Positions 1 through 13,152 of a stretch of DNA of 64,000 nucleotides are shown piece after piece. Numbering within the stretch: the first letter of the stretch is position 1; each line of letters begins with the position of its first letter. The translations under genes were made by a program, and so were the position numbers. The notes under the pieces are model-generated. The model made no database searches, had not been told where the DNA came from, and saw only the letters and a list, made by a program, of their open reading frames with translations. The DNA lies in the NCBI GenBank assembly GCA_040954595.2, contig CM082583.2:6446849-6510848 (forward strand). The letters run 5' to 3'. Origin of the DNA: Balanoglossus misakiensis. Its lineage: Eukaryota; Animalia; Hemichordata.

Positions 1-119
1 GTGCATTCCATCTGTTCTTCAATTATTCAAAGGTAACGGAGAACTGCGTAATGCTTGTCTTCGAGATATCACTGACTGCTCTTCATTAGTAAATGCCCAG
101 ACACCGGCCAATGTTGCAA

Positions 120-830
120 ATTGCCGATTACTGGGTGATCTGTCATTGTTTCTGGGTTTTATTGAAAGTCTGATTGTCTACCTACTCACACAGCGAGCAT
201 TATAAGGGGCCGTGGATACTTGAGACATCAACCTCTCTTAGCATTTCTATCTATCATTCCCTGAGTGCCATCCGGACTCTACTCATCGGTTGAACAAAAC
301 AAATGGTGGAAGCACAAGCTATAATTGGCAGTTATCCACCCTGGTAATTATCTGTAATCAATATCATGCACGGTGCAGTAAGAGCCATGGTCATGTACTT
401 GTCCTTGTAACTAACTTTGACAGAAGATGCCTCCGACGTCACTGAGTAATAATGACATTTGGACATGAGAAATAACGCATATGGCCGACCTGTAATTACA
501 CTGAGCGCGCACATGTACATCACAAAGCCCAGCTACTTAAAGTAGTTCCTGAAATGTCTTGATAATTGTGGACTACAGAAGGCCTTGACAAGATAAAGAC
601 ATAATCAACACCCCCGTGAATCACATCAGAAACAAACATGATGTGCTGGTGCCAGTTATGCCCCGGAGAAAGTAATACCCAGGCGAAGTTTGAATTGAAA
701 TTCTCCAGTCATATGAGTGGTAATGTGGAAGAGTTGTGGACATATACAGAAATTTCACTCCATGAATAAATTTGCATCGTGAAATACATCCCACGTGCCG
801 ACAAAACCCAAGGGAAACCAACCGACTTCC
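120..830 (+). mobile_element. Possible highly degraded non-LTR retrotransposon (CR1/L2-like ORF2 endonuclease-linker) remnant
   Basis: Scattered peptide fragments in different frames resemble LINE ORF2 motifs: LLGDL (~128-142), GHVLVLVTN (~389-415, cf. GHTLDLVLTN), SGNVEELWT (~716-742), VKYIP (~779-793). There is no open frame and the spacing fits only roughly. Confidence 0.3.
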
Positions 831-3800
831 TTTCTTAATGTTATCAGTATATCGGTAAAGTATAATTAGGTGAACGTTAACATCTCTTTCCGAGGGTTAG
901 GGCAGGAGGAAGGACACATCTTGATGAAAAAGCGTGCATAGATTATTACATTGTACGAATTCGGCTTCCAGTTTAGTGACATGGCATTTCTTCTCGATTT
1001 TCACAAACTGACAATTTGTTATCTCACATTTGGTACAGTATATGTATTTAAACAAAATACCGGTAGAAGCTGATGGGATCAGTTGGTGCCTCCAAAACTG
1101 TTCTCGGAATTTTCTAATTTTCGGATTGTTATGTTAAAATGACCGTCGCTTATGTGGGACGACAGTTATTCTTTTTCAGGGAACTTTCCTAAATCCATCC
1201 TTTCAGATCAGACGAACAGAAAACACTTCCGATGGCGCACATGGACACAGAAATTAAAGAGCTTCCCGTTGCCATTAAAATATGTTGACACGAACCTTAC
1301 AAGTTTTTATTTTTATTTCCAAATAATTGATCGTTTTTATTACTTGACTCGGACTAAGGAAAATGAATGTAACATCCGTCATGTCCGTGTATATAGAAAA
1401 CTGTTTTGTGATTGGTCAATTCATATGCGCAGTCCTAACTGCCATTGTTGAGCACAGATGGTGATGATCAGCTCTGATTGGCCAACCTTTGGTTGACATC
1501 ACTCTGACTGGTCAATACGAGATGGGCTGTTGTAGAATTCGTTGACCCTTGGAATATGGATGTCGTTGTTTCTTTCTGGTTTCGTTGACTCTGTCCTGGA
1601 TGGATATGTCGTCGAACGTTTTGTGTGAGTGGACAAAGCCGGGAAAATTAGCAGACAAAGCCGAGGACATGGAATAAGGAATTGCCGCCACGTTTTGCAG
1701 TCTCCGAAAGGAAGGGTGAGGTTACATCGCCAGAACACGACGAATGCCACATGGGCAGGACAACGCCCATTCGGGTAAGCCAACATTTCATTATGCCCAG
1801 AGGTAAATGATAGAAGTGAAATATGTACATGTTCTATCACTTTCAAGTGAAATGCAGTGATCCCTGTCTGGTCAGACACAGACGTGAGAGACCAGAGGAA
1901 CGTATTCCCAAAGTTTTTTTAGTTGTTGAGTAGTTGTATTCCGTGAATGTTAGCCTGTTGAATTGCATGTATTTGCATATTTGTGATCCGTATTCATATG
2001 CAAATCATGTCAAAGCCCAAATGCGTATGTTGATTACCAATCAACTTTACACGTATAAAAACTTCTAGAAACATGGCTGTTTACAAATCCTGTAAACATG
2101 CCCTGTAGGCGTGGAAGAAATATCACCACCAAGAGTAGTATTTACACATGATAGCAAGGATAATGTATCATTGTTTGCAGCCTGTTAAAGGCTGTACTCT
2201 CCGACCATAGGATGAATAGTAGCCCGCAGGTAGACAGGTACAAGTACCTTGTCTTTATTCTTAATAGGCGTGTCAGTGCAAAAAGTTCCCAGTCAATCAC
2301 ACGCGTACACCTCGCCATCTCGTCTCCTATTGAGAACAGACAGAGCACCAAGTGTAATAATTACATGACATTTATTGTCAAACAATAATGGCGTATGTAC
2401 TTTGCATTGTAAAAAAGCTCTTACCGCAAACCGTATCACGATCGATCAGACTTGATAGTCTGTGGTGGCGATAATTGTACTCGTAGGGTTTCGTTTTCTT
2501 TTGGCGCTTGGATCAGTGAACTGTAATTTTCAAATCCCAAACGACCATTGTTGTACCAGCTAGCCTCAATTCATCAATATTGTCTCCTCGCGCGACTCCT
2601 ACAAATGCTAGCAACCCACTCTCCCAAAACGTAACTTGCTTTGTGTCCCGATTTTGATTTTATTTCATTGCCGAGACGTTGTTTACAAATTTCACTCACA
2701 TTTTTAAGTTTTATTGTAGATGTCACATGCTATTCATTATCAGTGAAACCTGAATGGTGAATTCCATCTCACCTGATGGGTAATCCATAACGGATGAAGG
2801 ACATAAACCCATTTTCCTACAAAGATTGTCAATAATGAAAGCTTAACATAAAGTGGCTGCGAAAGTTAGAAAAACTTTGAGTGGATATGCAGGATTAGAC
2901 TTTCAGTTGATGTATGGTGCAGTTGACACGCCGGCGAAGTCTTCGAGATATTTTTAGCCTGGGTGCTCGACACTTGAGGAAATGCACTTTAACTAGCGTC
3001 ATGGTGTCTGTTTTTACCGTCGGGGTGAAAAGTACGATTCAGAGGTAAACGTGAATATTTGTCCAGTGGCACGACTTTTCATGGTTTCTCCAGGTTTTGT
3101 TTGGCATTCTTATGCCTATGAACGATCGTTAATTAGAACAGAGACTAACGTGTGAGAAATATGTTGCTCCAGTAAACATTTGCTTAACTGTAAGGAAGGT
3201 AGCGATTTTAAGTGGTTCAATTTCAAGAAACACACCGATCCTGGTAAAAGCACTTAAACAGAAATCCTGTCGAAGCGATGTCAATTCTGAAACGAGTAAA
3301 ATGTGTCCATGTACAAAATTGCGAAATCATCACACACGATCTTTGTCGGTTTTTGTCGTTTCTGAATCAGTCAGTATTTTTAAATTGTCTGCCTGTTTCT
3401 TGCATGGTTGCTAGATAATTGAAAAAGGAGAGGCACCGCTGTCTAACATCTGGCGTCTGCCTGGCTACCCTTTGAAGGGCTCCTCTTCTTCATCGTCAGT
3501 GGTAATTTTCATTTCCGCTCGCTCGGTGTCGAGACTGGCGATGCTATTTGTGATTTCTATGAGAGCAGCGCAGAAAAAGTAAACGCTGCACTTCCGAAGC
3601 AATTCAAACCCATTTCCCCCCGTATGTCGTCCATTCAAGAGTTACACTTCGACAGGAAAAACTGGGAAACTCCTTTAACTCCCCGCTTGCTTGTCGCCTT
3701 TCTCCTGTTTGGAGGGGGGATCCAACGTTTACGACCACTGCCGTGTTTGTTTTAGAAGGAATGTAATATTAACTTCTTTTCTGACACTATAACGTTCATA

Positions 3801-4663
3801 AATTCTTAATTCTTTTCTGGAGACCCTTCACGTAAATTGTATTTTATGGGAACGGTGACTAATATCAGCTCATAAATCCGACGCCTAAACGATTCGCGTT
3901 CTGAACTTTTATAACCCCACATGAACATTAACTTGCTCAAGTGTAGTGATTTCATACGTCTCTGTCAGACCTAATTTTGACTAAAACACCAGGATAATTG
4001 AGGGATTATTTCCACAACTTTGACCGTGTACTGTCAATTTCAATGATTACCTCGGAAAATGTGAATTCAACTTTAGAATACCCATAACGCGAGGGTGTGT
4101 TTGATGTCATTTATCTCTTTTTATGTTACAATGATAAATGTGCACGATGTAGGATATGTTTACAGTAAGGGAACACATAACTATATAAACATGCCACTAC
4201 AGGTCTCGTATATTAGCGTTATGTTATTTAAAAAAAACGAAATTTCGATTTCTGGGTTAATCCAGATAGAAGGCCGTATGGACATGAGTTAATGTGATTA
4301 AATTAGGACAGTAGTGGCGACCTTTTGAGTTCTGGAGCTGTCATGGTTTCTTACTTTCTCAAAGGCGCAAACACAATCCACTTGCAATTGCCTGAAGCAG
4401 TGGCTTCGGGGCATTGAGCGTAATGGGACGCGGTGTATCGACGCACGCCGATCAAGACAAGCACGAACACGCCAAAGTTAACGTTCATTTGGAAAACATG
4501 CGTGTTTCAGGGCAAAGCGAACAGCGACCGACTCCTCGATACTTCTTGGGGGGGGGGGGGGGAACACACGATCATCAACGCCGACATGGCCAGGAGCACG
4601 CTTCCATTGTGTGTACTGACATGAGTAAAATGCTGGTGGTCATTCTGAGTTGAAAAACGTTAA

Positions 4664-5399
4664 GGGAGCATTCGTTTTTTACAGGGAGGGGGGGGGGCCG
4701 GTGGAATTTGAGTCGCCGACTAAATGTAAAAGGCAACCCCCCCCTGGAAATTACTTTTCTAAAATGTGACCCCCCCCCCCCCAAAAAAAAAAGTTTATCC
4801 ACCGGATTAAACTTATCATGGACACAGCGCTCCCATGAAAAGAATTTGAAACCGATGTTTCCCCTCATCAGTGGGTAGTAAAACTTAACATTGTTTTTAT
4901 TTTTAAGTATTTGTATTCTGTGTTGGGAGACATTGAAAACCGAGAATTGAAGGGGGTGGGTTTGGGAGGGGGTGTCCCCCTCCCACGTAAGAAAATTTTA
5001 TAAAATACAGAGCTCAAAGCTGCATTTTAATGAACACAGCAAAAGCAAATTAACGTCGCCGCTCAAAGTTATCATGGGGTGGGGGCAAGTCCCCTGACCT
5101 GGGACACTAGATAAACCAGTCAATGATTGAAAGGTGTTGATGAATGGAGGGGGTGGGTGTGGGAGGGGGTGTCCCCCTCCCACATTAGAAAATTTTGTAA
5201 AATAAAGGACGCGAAACTGCATTTTTGTGGACTCAAAATAAATATTTAGCCGTCAAAGTTTTCAAGTCCCCCCCTTTCAGTCCCTATATAATAATCCCTT
5301 GATTATAAAATTTGTCCCCCCCTAAAAACTGCTTTGTAAAAGTAAACCCCCCCCTGATTTCCACCGGCCCCCCCCTCCCTGTAAAAAACGAATGCTCCC
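4664..5399. mobile_element. Non-autonomous DNA transposon (MITE), PIF/Harbinger-like, 736 bp
   Basis: ~41-bp TIRs: GGGAGCATTCGTTTTTTACAGGGAGGGG..GCCGGTGGAA from 4664 and TTCCACCGGCCCC..CTCCCTGTAAAAAACGAATGCTCCC ending at 5399. TAA flanks both sides (4661-4663, 5400-5402) as a 3-bp TSD. No coding capacity. Confidence 0.85.
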
Positions 5400-8300
5400 T
5401 AATGGGGTTTTCATTTCCTGGAATTAAAAGTCTCTCGCAAAGTTCGTTCAGTGGGGCTGAACAAATCCAATGAAAATCCCACTTACTTTTCTCGTAGCTC
5501 TGTGTCCTTATTTAATCACAGCGCCGTCGTAAAGTTTAACTCACAACAGCAGAAGCATTTTTGTTTGTACTTCGTTAAGCTCTCCAATTATGGTATCACC
5601 CACGTTCATGTTGCGCCCTTGTCAGTAGAATTTTCTCTGATGGGATAATCACGAAGCAACTTCTATAATTTTCATCATAAGGAATTCTGAGATACAGTAG
5701 ACTATTGAAATCTTTGATCGCATACGGTCACGTGACCAACAATGCACAAACGCCTTCCATTCTTTAATCAATCCATATTTTTTTCTTTTTTGAAGAAGCA
5801 ATCAAGTTTTTTTTTTTTCATTCTGGAGGACGGTCCAGCAAACAGGATAGTTTGATTAAATTTATGAATAAAAACCCTGAAAATAAATTACCTTTTATTA
5901 AGACATCAACCACCTGTCATCTCAATAGCTTCTCGATAAAACAAGGCCAAGATTGTGAATTTTTATTACCTTCTCAGCTTAGTGACTATGTGCTTGATGA
6001 AATCCGAAAGATAACGCGTGGTATATAGTGAATTAACTTAGCCGAGGTCAATTAGTGGTGTTAGCGATATGATCGCGCTCCACTTATAATCGTCTGTAAG
6101 AGGTTAGGCGTTCAACGACGCCTTGGGGGTACAGTAATTGAATTTTGATTTCATTTCCTATACTATGTTTGGAGGTCGGAATTCTTGATGTGCTAAGTAG
6201 GCTCCATGCTGGCAAGCAATTGAACAGATTCGTGTTTTTTCACGTCCACCAATCCAAAGCCCTTGTGGTTTTATGGATGGTCAACTTAAAGTTGGAGTTT
6301 AAGATCCCAAGATTAAAAAATCGCAACATGAATTTCTGGGCTGCTGAATGTTCGTAATTGAACTGGCAACGCTGCTTGATGAGCTGTCGTAATTTTAAGG
6401 GGATTCGACAATTGGCATCAATCAAAGATATGCAATCGCCCTATACTGTCCATATGACCTTATATAGACAAAAGTCCGTGTCTAAGGCTTCGAATGACCT
6501 TTCGATGGCGCGCCTTGTTTCGCGCATGTACAATTTGTCTGAAAAATTGGGGTCGGTCGGACCATGAGAAGCACTTTTATTTTTGAACATCTTTCGCATT
6601 GTCTAGCTACAGCGATTTTGAATCAAACATGGACGTAATGAGAGAATGCTACTGTGATGAATGTTGAATAGCTTTGAGAAGTGTATTATTTCTGGTGAGA
6701 TTTGGGCGTCAGTTGACGCTGTCGATAGACGTAATGAAACAGCTTGGGCGTATACTGTCGGTAATTACATGTGATAGTCATGCAGTAGATGATAGTGCAC
6801 ACTTTGTCGCGTCCCAGCAATACTGTCATTGAAATCGGTATAATAGCAACCAAAATAGCCACAGAAACCGCTAGTACAAATTAAATACAAGGAATGAGAA
6901 ACCAAAAGCTCCCCCAGAGAGGAATCTATGCCGATTTACGCACGCTTTTGTTCGATTGGAGGTTTTTAATCTGGTCTGATACGTTTTTTTTTTCGAACGT
7001 GCCCTAGTTTTCTTTTTGGAATCTTTTATGAAGTCGGGATTTCTTACATTTTGAGTTTGTGTAGCCAGACAATGTTTCACGTATATTATTTATATATTCC
7101 TTAAGTGTAACATTTCGTGGGCAACTGGCGAAAATATTCGTTGGATTAACTATACACAAATCGGTTTGATAAATACGTGTTTTCTGCACATATTTTTTAA
7201 CCAGAGGGAAAATTGGTTATATGTGTGTATTATTGCGTGCATTCAATACGACGTGTAAAACATTCTGTTAACGTTCACTCTGACGAAAAAAGCATACAGA
7301 GTCACATATTACCTAACCAAAACTTCCAGAGGACACAGTCTTCCGTTCTGTAAACTCTGTATATCAACCCCCATCTAGGAAATGAATTGACGCATGTAAT
7401 CAGTGAGGTAGCCTTAGAAGAAGGTCGCTGTGTACAGTCGGGTGCCACACGCTTCAGATATCATTCCATTTTCACTTCTGCAAATTGGAAATCGATCTAA
7501 ATTGTTCCCTGCTTCCGAAACAGCCTGCAGGGGCTGGCGTTGTGAAACTCTAATTTCATCTGGAAGCTTTGGCAGAGAGTATCGAGATATCGTAGAGACT
7601 TCGAAGAGGGGGGGGGGGGGGATATTGAGAGAACGTGGTTCCAGTCGTTAGCAAATTGTAATCATGCTGTTACTATAGGTACGGCAAAACGAAGCATGAT
7701 TTTTGCCCAAAACGTGGTTATTTCAATCGTGTGCTGAGCACGTAGAGACACATTTTTTTTTCATTATCTTCCCTTTCGCCCAGTTTGCTTAAGATGGAGT
7801 TTGATAAATTTTCGATCAGGGCTAACATTAGCTCATGTTATTAGATTTATGAAAATAACATATCATACATATTACCAATACAGACACACAGACACGTCTC
7901 TGTAACATTAAAATAAGTAACCCAAGTTGTACATTTCCGTGTTTCCTACAGGCTGGGAGTTTTATGCCATAATAAAACTTAATATAAGCCTACATTGTAC
8001 TAGTGAGGATCCCGGCGGTAGCCACAACTCATGAATTTGACGATTTTAAAAAAAACATTATCACATTTTACTATCTTCGAAACTCTCTGAACGGCGTAAA
8101 TCAGAATTTTTATGGCATCCATTGGAACATACGTGGGTTCCCTGCTGACTCGGTCTTGCATTGATAGCATGTCTTAGGCTAGAAGAAGACTGACCCGTTC
8201 ACCCAATCCGGTTCCGAATTTTCTAGCTTATTTCACAGACTGTTCGGAATGAGGTGGAATCAATTTTAATCCTTTCCTCTCGAGTCGTGAATGCCACGCT

Positions 8301-11300
8301 GCCTACATTAAGCACACCGTTTCCTACAATCGTTCAGATGCCGGTTGTAGACAAACACGTTTTTAAATGAATAAATTCTCCGCTGATCCAAACCAAACGT
8401 AATATTCTGACAAACACCCGCGAACAAAGGCTTTTTAATTCAATCAGTAGGTCCGTCTGGAGGAGTTTATATTTAATGTGAATTGGATGGAAACTACAAA
8501 CAGAATTCCAGAAAAGATCAGTTGCAGCGTATCAAAATTAATTTGTCAGGTATAGCCTTGCAACTATCACAATATTATGGTGTTTTTCAGTAGCTAGGAG
8601 TCCCTTTTTTAAATTCATAAAATATTTTCACTGAATACCTGAAGGTATTTTGAATACTTGTTTGTACCCTTATCTCCTAATCAATCCCTTCAGCATCGTG
8701 ATTAATTCTGTTCCGTCATATTCCGCTTCTTTCGTTTACACAAAGTACCGAGAAAAGACGGTTTTAATTTACTTTTAACCGTCCGTGTTCGACATAAGGC
8801 CACGGAAATTAATGAAAACTTCGCCGTTCCGGTTCAATCACCCGCATTCGCAGAGACACCATAGGAGGCACGCTGACTGTGTACTCTACAAAAGCCGTAT
8901 CCGACTAAGTAAATCAGTTAATTCGTATTCATTTGGGACAGTGTTTCCACGTTTTACATTATCACGGAATTCCATACGTTTCTCTAGAGCCTTCCTTTCG
9001 ACTCAATTGCAGACTATCCACCAAGGAGCAGCAGCGTGTTCTTAGTATATAGTGCTGAGAGTAGTTAAGAAGCCATGGGCATGCGTGCATATTGACTGCG
9101 AAGGCAGATTTGGATTGGAAAGGTTCAATTCATTATACGAAAATGATGATAATGCAAAGACTGTCTCTTGTCGATTACGGACTTCTAATTATATTGATAC
9201 AATCAGTTGAACACGGCTATATCCTACTGTAATTTCAATGACGAAATACATGATAAATGTCACAATTAATTTGAGGTCATTTCACCAAAATAGACCAAAC
9301 AAAACGGCTCCCCTAAAATAGCAATGCAAGTTAAAATGAAAAGCAAGAACAATTTCAATATGGCATTAGTTTTTCACTTTTGCAATTTGCGTCAGTAGAC
9401 TAGACATTCCCGATATTTCTTCTTACGTCCTCTCCCAAGACACAAATCCGTTCCATGTAAATTTTTGAGATTAATTTTGACCGTCTGAAGGAAATCATCT
9501 GGGGAACCCTCTCTGCCAACATTGGTAATTATCTCGTTCCGCCATCGACAAAGTGAAGTACACTGCATGGCGCATTCAAATTGGATCTTCAGCCGAAATG
9601 GCAATCACACTTGCATGCGCATCGTCTGGAATCTTCTAACGCGACACAACGGGGGGAATCGAAGCACCTGGCTCGTCGCAGCCACCAAATCTCATCGGAC
9701 ATAGTTTGTGATTCACGTCCGCGAATTGAACTCTTGCCTGTGAAATCGGGCAGAGATATTAAAGGCTCCGTTGTCATCGAGAGTGAAGGCTGATAATTAT
9801 ACGAGGTTAACGAAGTGCCAACGTGGCTTCTTTTGAATATAACACGGTTTTGCTCGCTTAGCAAGATGGTTACAGTATCGACCTCCTTAATGATAACAGT
9901 TACTGTTTACCTGCATTGCATACTGAATGAACGATGTTGGTCGAGATTGAGTTCGAATTCTTGTGAAAGGGGATTTTGTGTTTCCAAAAAAGATTCAAAT
10001 CGCTTTCTGTATCAAGTAAATATGCCAAACCTCAATGCAATGCGTCTTGCGTGACATTGAAACAATTTGGATTGGCCTTATTTCATTTTCCACTCAAATG
10101 CGTACAGTGTGTGACTTTTGAATAACAGCTAACGCCTTCCACTTATTGAAAGTACATGCGCCCTTTTGGCAAACTTCGCCGTCGGTGCGCCAACAGGCAT
10201 TGCATCTTTCTTTCAAACGCCTTCAACCATAATATGCATTTATCTAGTGCAACATTTCAATGCCCTCCACAGTGTTCCTTTGCTATGACTTCAACAATAG
10301 TACATGTACCTCAATTGTCTATCATATCCATACATTTATCAACCGCCGCCCCCAACCTACCCCTCCACCAACCCACCCAAATAGTTGGATTAATGCAAGA
10401 ATGTTATGTTCTTCGCGATTGTACTTGAATAGACGAGATGGGAGTACAGAAATTGAGATGGAAAAAACGCTTTTGATATAATCATGGCAGAAACACAGGC
10501 TCATTAAAAATTTCCCCGCGACAAGAGCGTATAGTGTACATCAGCCCTCAAAACTAACGATGTAAAAACAAAGCACATTTTGTTATTAAGACTTCGCTGT
10601 GGGCAGGTTTAGGTTATCGACTCGAACCGAACGCGGGTGGTACCTTCGCGGGCAGTAATTGCAGTGCGCCTGGGTGACTTTGCAGATATTTTCCGTTACA
10701 AGTAAACCGTTCACATTACTATTCCCAAATTCGTTTTACGCTTATTTGACAACGGCGAGGTACTAAATGAAACAGAATAAATCATTCGAAATGTGAACGA
10801 GTGAACTGCTTATGGCTATAGTCTCACTTGATCTTTTATGGCATTGTCGTCAAGTTTGACAGTATCTCTATATCATACAGTTAAGGTTTTATGTCGGCGG
10901 AAATGTTCCGGAATCAGAGATTTCCATGCGACGGAACCTAATAACACCAACCTTCAAGCCTATACTGCTTGATTTACAATCTTGTTTGTTCCTACCATAC
11001 CATAATACCCTTTTATCGTCGAATCGTCTAGCATGTTTGCGGCGCGGGTGCATGACGATATTGACCCTTTGCGAAATGGGGTCATGAGCTAATATGAAAT
11101 GTTTTATAATAGCCTGTTTATGCCAAAACGGGACACGCACGTCAGCAATAGAGATGGATGTTATTATGGTATTTCCTTCACAGAAAATAACGATCAAAAT
11201 GGAGATAATTTTATGAAAAGAAACGTCTCAGCGTTTAGAATAGATTTTACTTTCGATTGTAGGTGTTGGGGTGTACATTTGATACCTTTTGATAGCGGGT

Positions 11301-11622
11301 GTTGATTACAATATCTGATAACCCGTGCAAATGGAAAAACTAATGACCATCATCCATTAGGGTCTGATTCCTGATTTAGTTACAACAGCGAGCTGAGAAC
11401 TCCTTAATGATTCTGTTGTTCACATTCAGGTAGCATAACAAACTTAAAAGGAGTGCACTTATAAATGTGACGCTTGGTGAAATGACTAACGTCAACAGCG
11501 GCATTAACATTAAAACATGGCAGTGTAGTCCAATCTCACCCTTGGGGATACACGTGCTTATCGTAAACCAAGTTCAACCTGAGTTGAGTTGTGTTTACGT
11601 AAGAGAAAACGCGGCGAATACA

Positions 11623-11636
11623 ATGTGACGTCACAT
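11623..11636. promoter_or_regulatory. Palindromic CRE-like site (ATGTGACGTCACAT) ~1.5 kb upstream of SSTR-like gene 1
   Basis: Perfect TGACGTCA octamer (11626-11633) inside a 14-bp palindrome. Function not demonstrated. Confidence 0.25.
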
Positions 11637-12499
11637 CCGGTGTGATATTGAATGGTAATGATGGTGTCTGTAATGGTAACAAATACAGTATCCTTTGGGA
11701 ATAATTTCGTATCAGGTGCAATGTTGTATCTGACCATGTACTATTAGTATAGTCGACCAATCTTTATAGATAGAATACTGTATCATCATATTATTATTCT
11801 CTCTTAAAACTAAGAAGTAGCATTGGGGACAATCATGCAAAAATTTGAATGAGAGTGCAAAGTTGTCTCAAATTTGAAATTCAAAATGGCGGCTAATGGA
11901 TTTGTTGAGCCCTTGCTCGTGGACAGAAATTAACTGGGGATTTTTTTTACAAAATCAAGACGATGAACACACTGTTATCCCCCCCAACGGATACACACAT
12001 TGACTTGAATATAGTAAAGAATCGGAAAGGTTCGAAGTTGCAGGGATATATAGCAATTATGTCTCTAAGCACGCCAATCATTGGTCATCAGATGGCTCTT
12101 CCATCCTGCCTGTGATGATTTACTGTGACCCCAGGTAATTATTGAATACCCACTTTGACTAAAAACAAGGCATTTGAAATGTATCAGAAACCGGCAAGCA
12201 CTGAAGCAACCATTTCGATGGCCCCATTGGGTTCGAGTTTCCCCGTTTAATAGACGGCTAATTAGTCTCGGTTGCTTCTAGAAGTTCGCCCTGTGAGCTA
12301 GAATATATAGTTAATTCCATCAGTGAGGTTCAGCCGAGAGTACCCACGGCATGCTGATTTAATATATAGCCGGTGCGCCACCGAGACTCCGTGATCGCAC
12401 TCGCAACGTTCTGAAATACAAAAGTTCAATTCAAGATTTACAGAAACGGAAGACGTGACATGGAAATCTTTGGCAGATGTCGTAAATTGCAATCCAGTT

Positions 12500-12860
12500 T
12501 TGTATATATAAGGCAGGCGACGGTCGTCACCCTACGACAAACACGTACGCATGTGCACAAAAAATGTTCTCATAAAATATTCAAATCCGCAATATGAGAG
12601 AAAGAGCGACAAAACACCATTCCATTTTGGACCTGTCACGATAGGCGGATCGGGAGAGGAGAATCGATCGATTCCGGTGTGACGTGCGTGTCCGTGGGTT
12701 ATTTACCTCCCTGACGTCATAAACGGTGGTTTGGATTCGACGCGTCCGTCGGCCACCGCGGTGTTTGTGTCAGCGTGCGTCCTTCGAGCGAGCCGACGGC
12801 AGCATTTGATGTTTAGGCAGTTGGTTTAAGCCAGTAACGTCACTCGCGACACCGGTATTA
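12500..12860 (+). promoter_or_regulatory. Candidate proximal promoter of SSTR-like gene 1 (TATA-like element, CpG-rich tract, CRE)
   Basis: TATATATAAGG at ~12503-12513, a CpG-dense stretch at ~12640-12860 and a perfect TGACGTCA at 12712-12719, all 300-650 bp upstream of the ATG. Confidence 0.3.
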
Positions 12861-13152
12861 CCAAATCACAGTGCGTTTGTAAACAAGGTTGGCGTACTTG
12901 GCAATAATATGAAAGTTGTTCAGCCGATGATTCAAACAGGCACTGACAGTTATATATGACTGACATAAAAACGCGATAGGTGGTAATGGATTCAATGGGC
13001 GTGCTTTGCTTTGTAGGCGACAGGTAGTGTCTTTCGTATATATCACACACACGGATATGATTCGGTACAAAACACTTGCGCGTATCTCTACCGATTTCAT
13101 ATGCTGACTCGCCGCAACCGTGCTTGACTACAGTGCAAGAGCAAAGACCACA

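Noticed and set aside
3470-3515. Minus-strand peptide MKITTDDEEEPFKG resembling acidic transposase tails
   Set aside because: Only ~14 codons, with no surrounding ORF or element ends.
13120-13152. N-terminal extension of the SSTR-like ORF from GTG 13120
   Set aside because: Eukaryotic gene; the first ATG in good context is at 13153.
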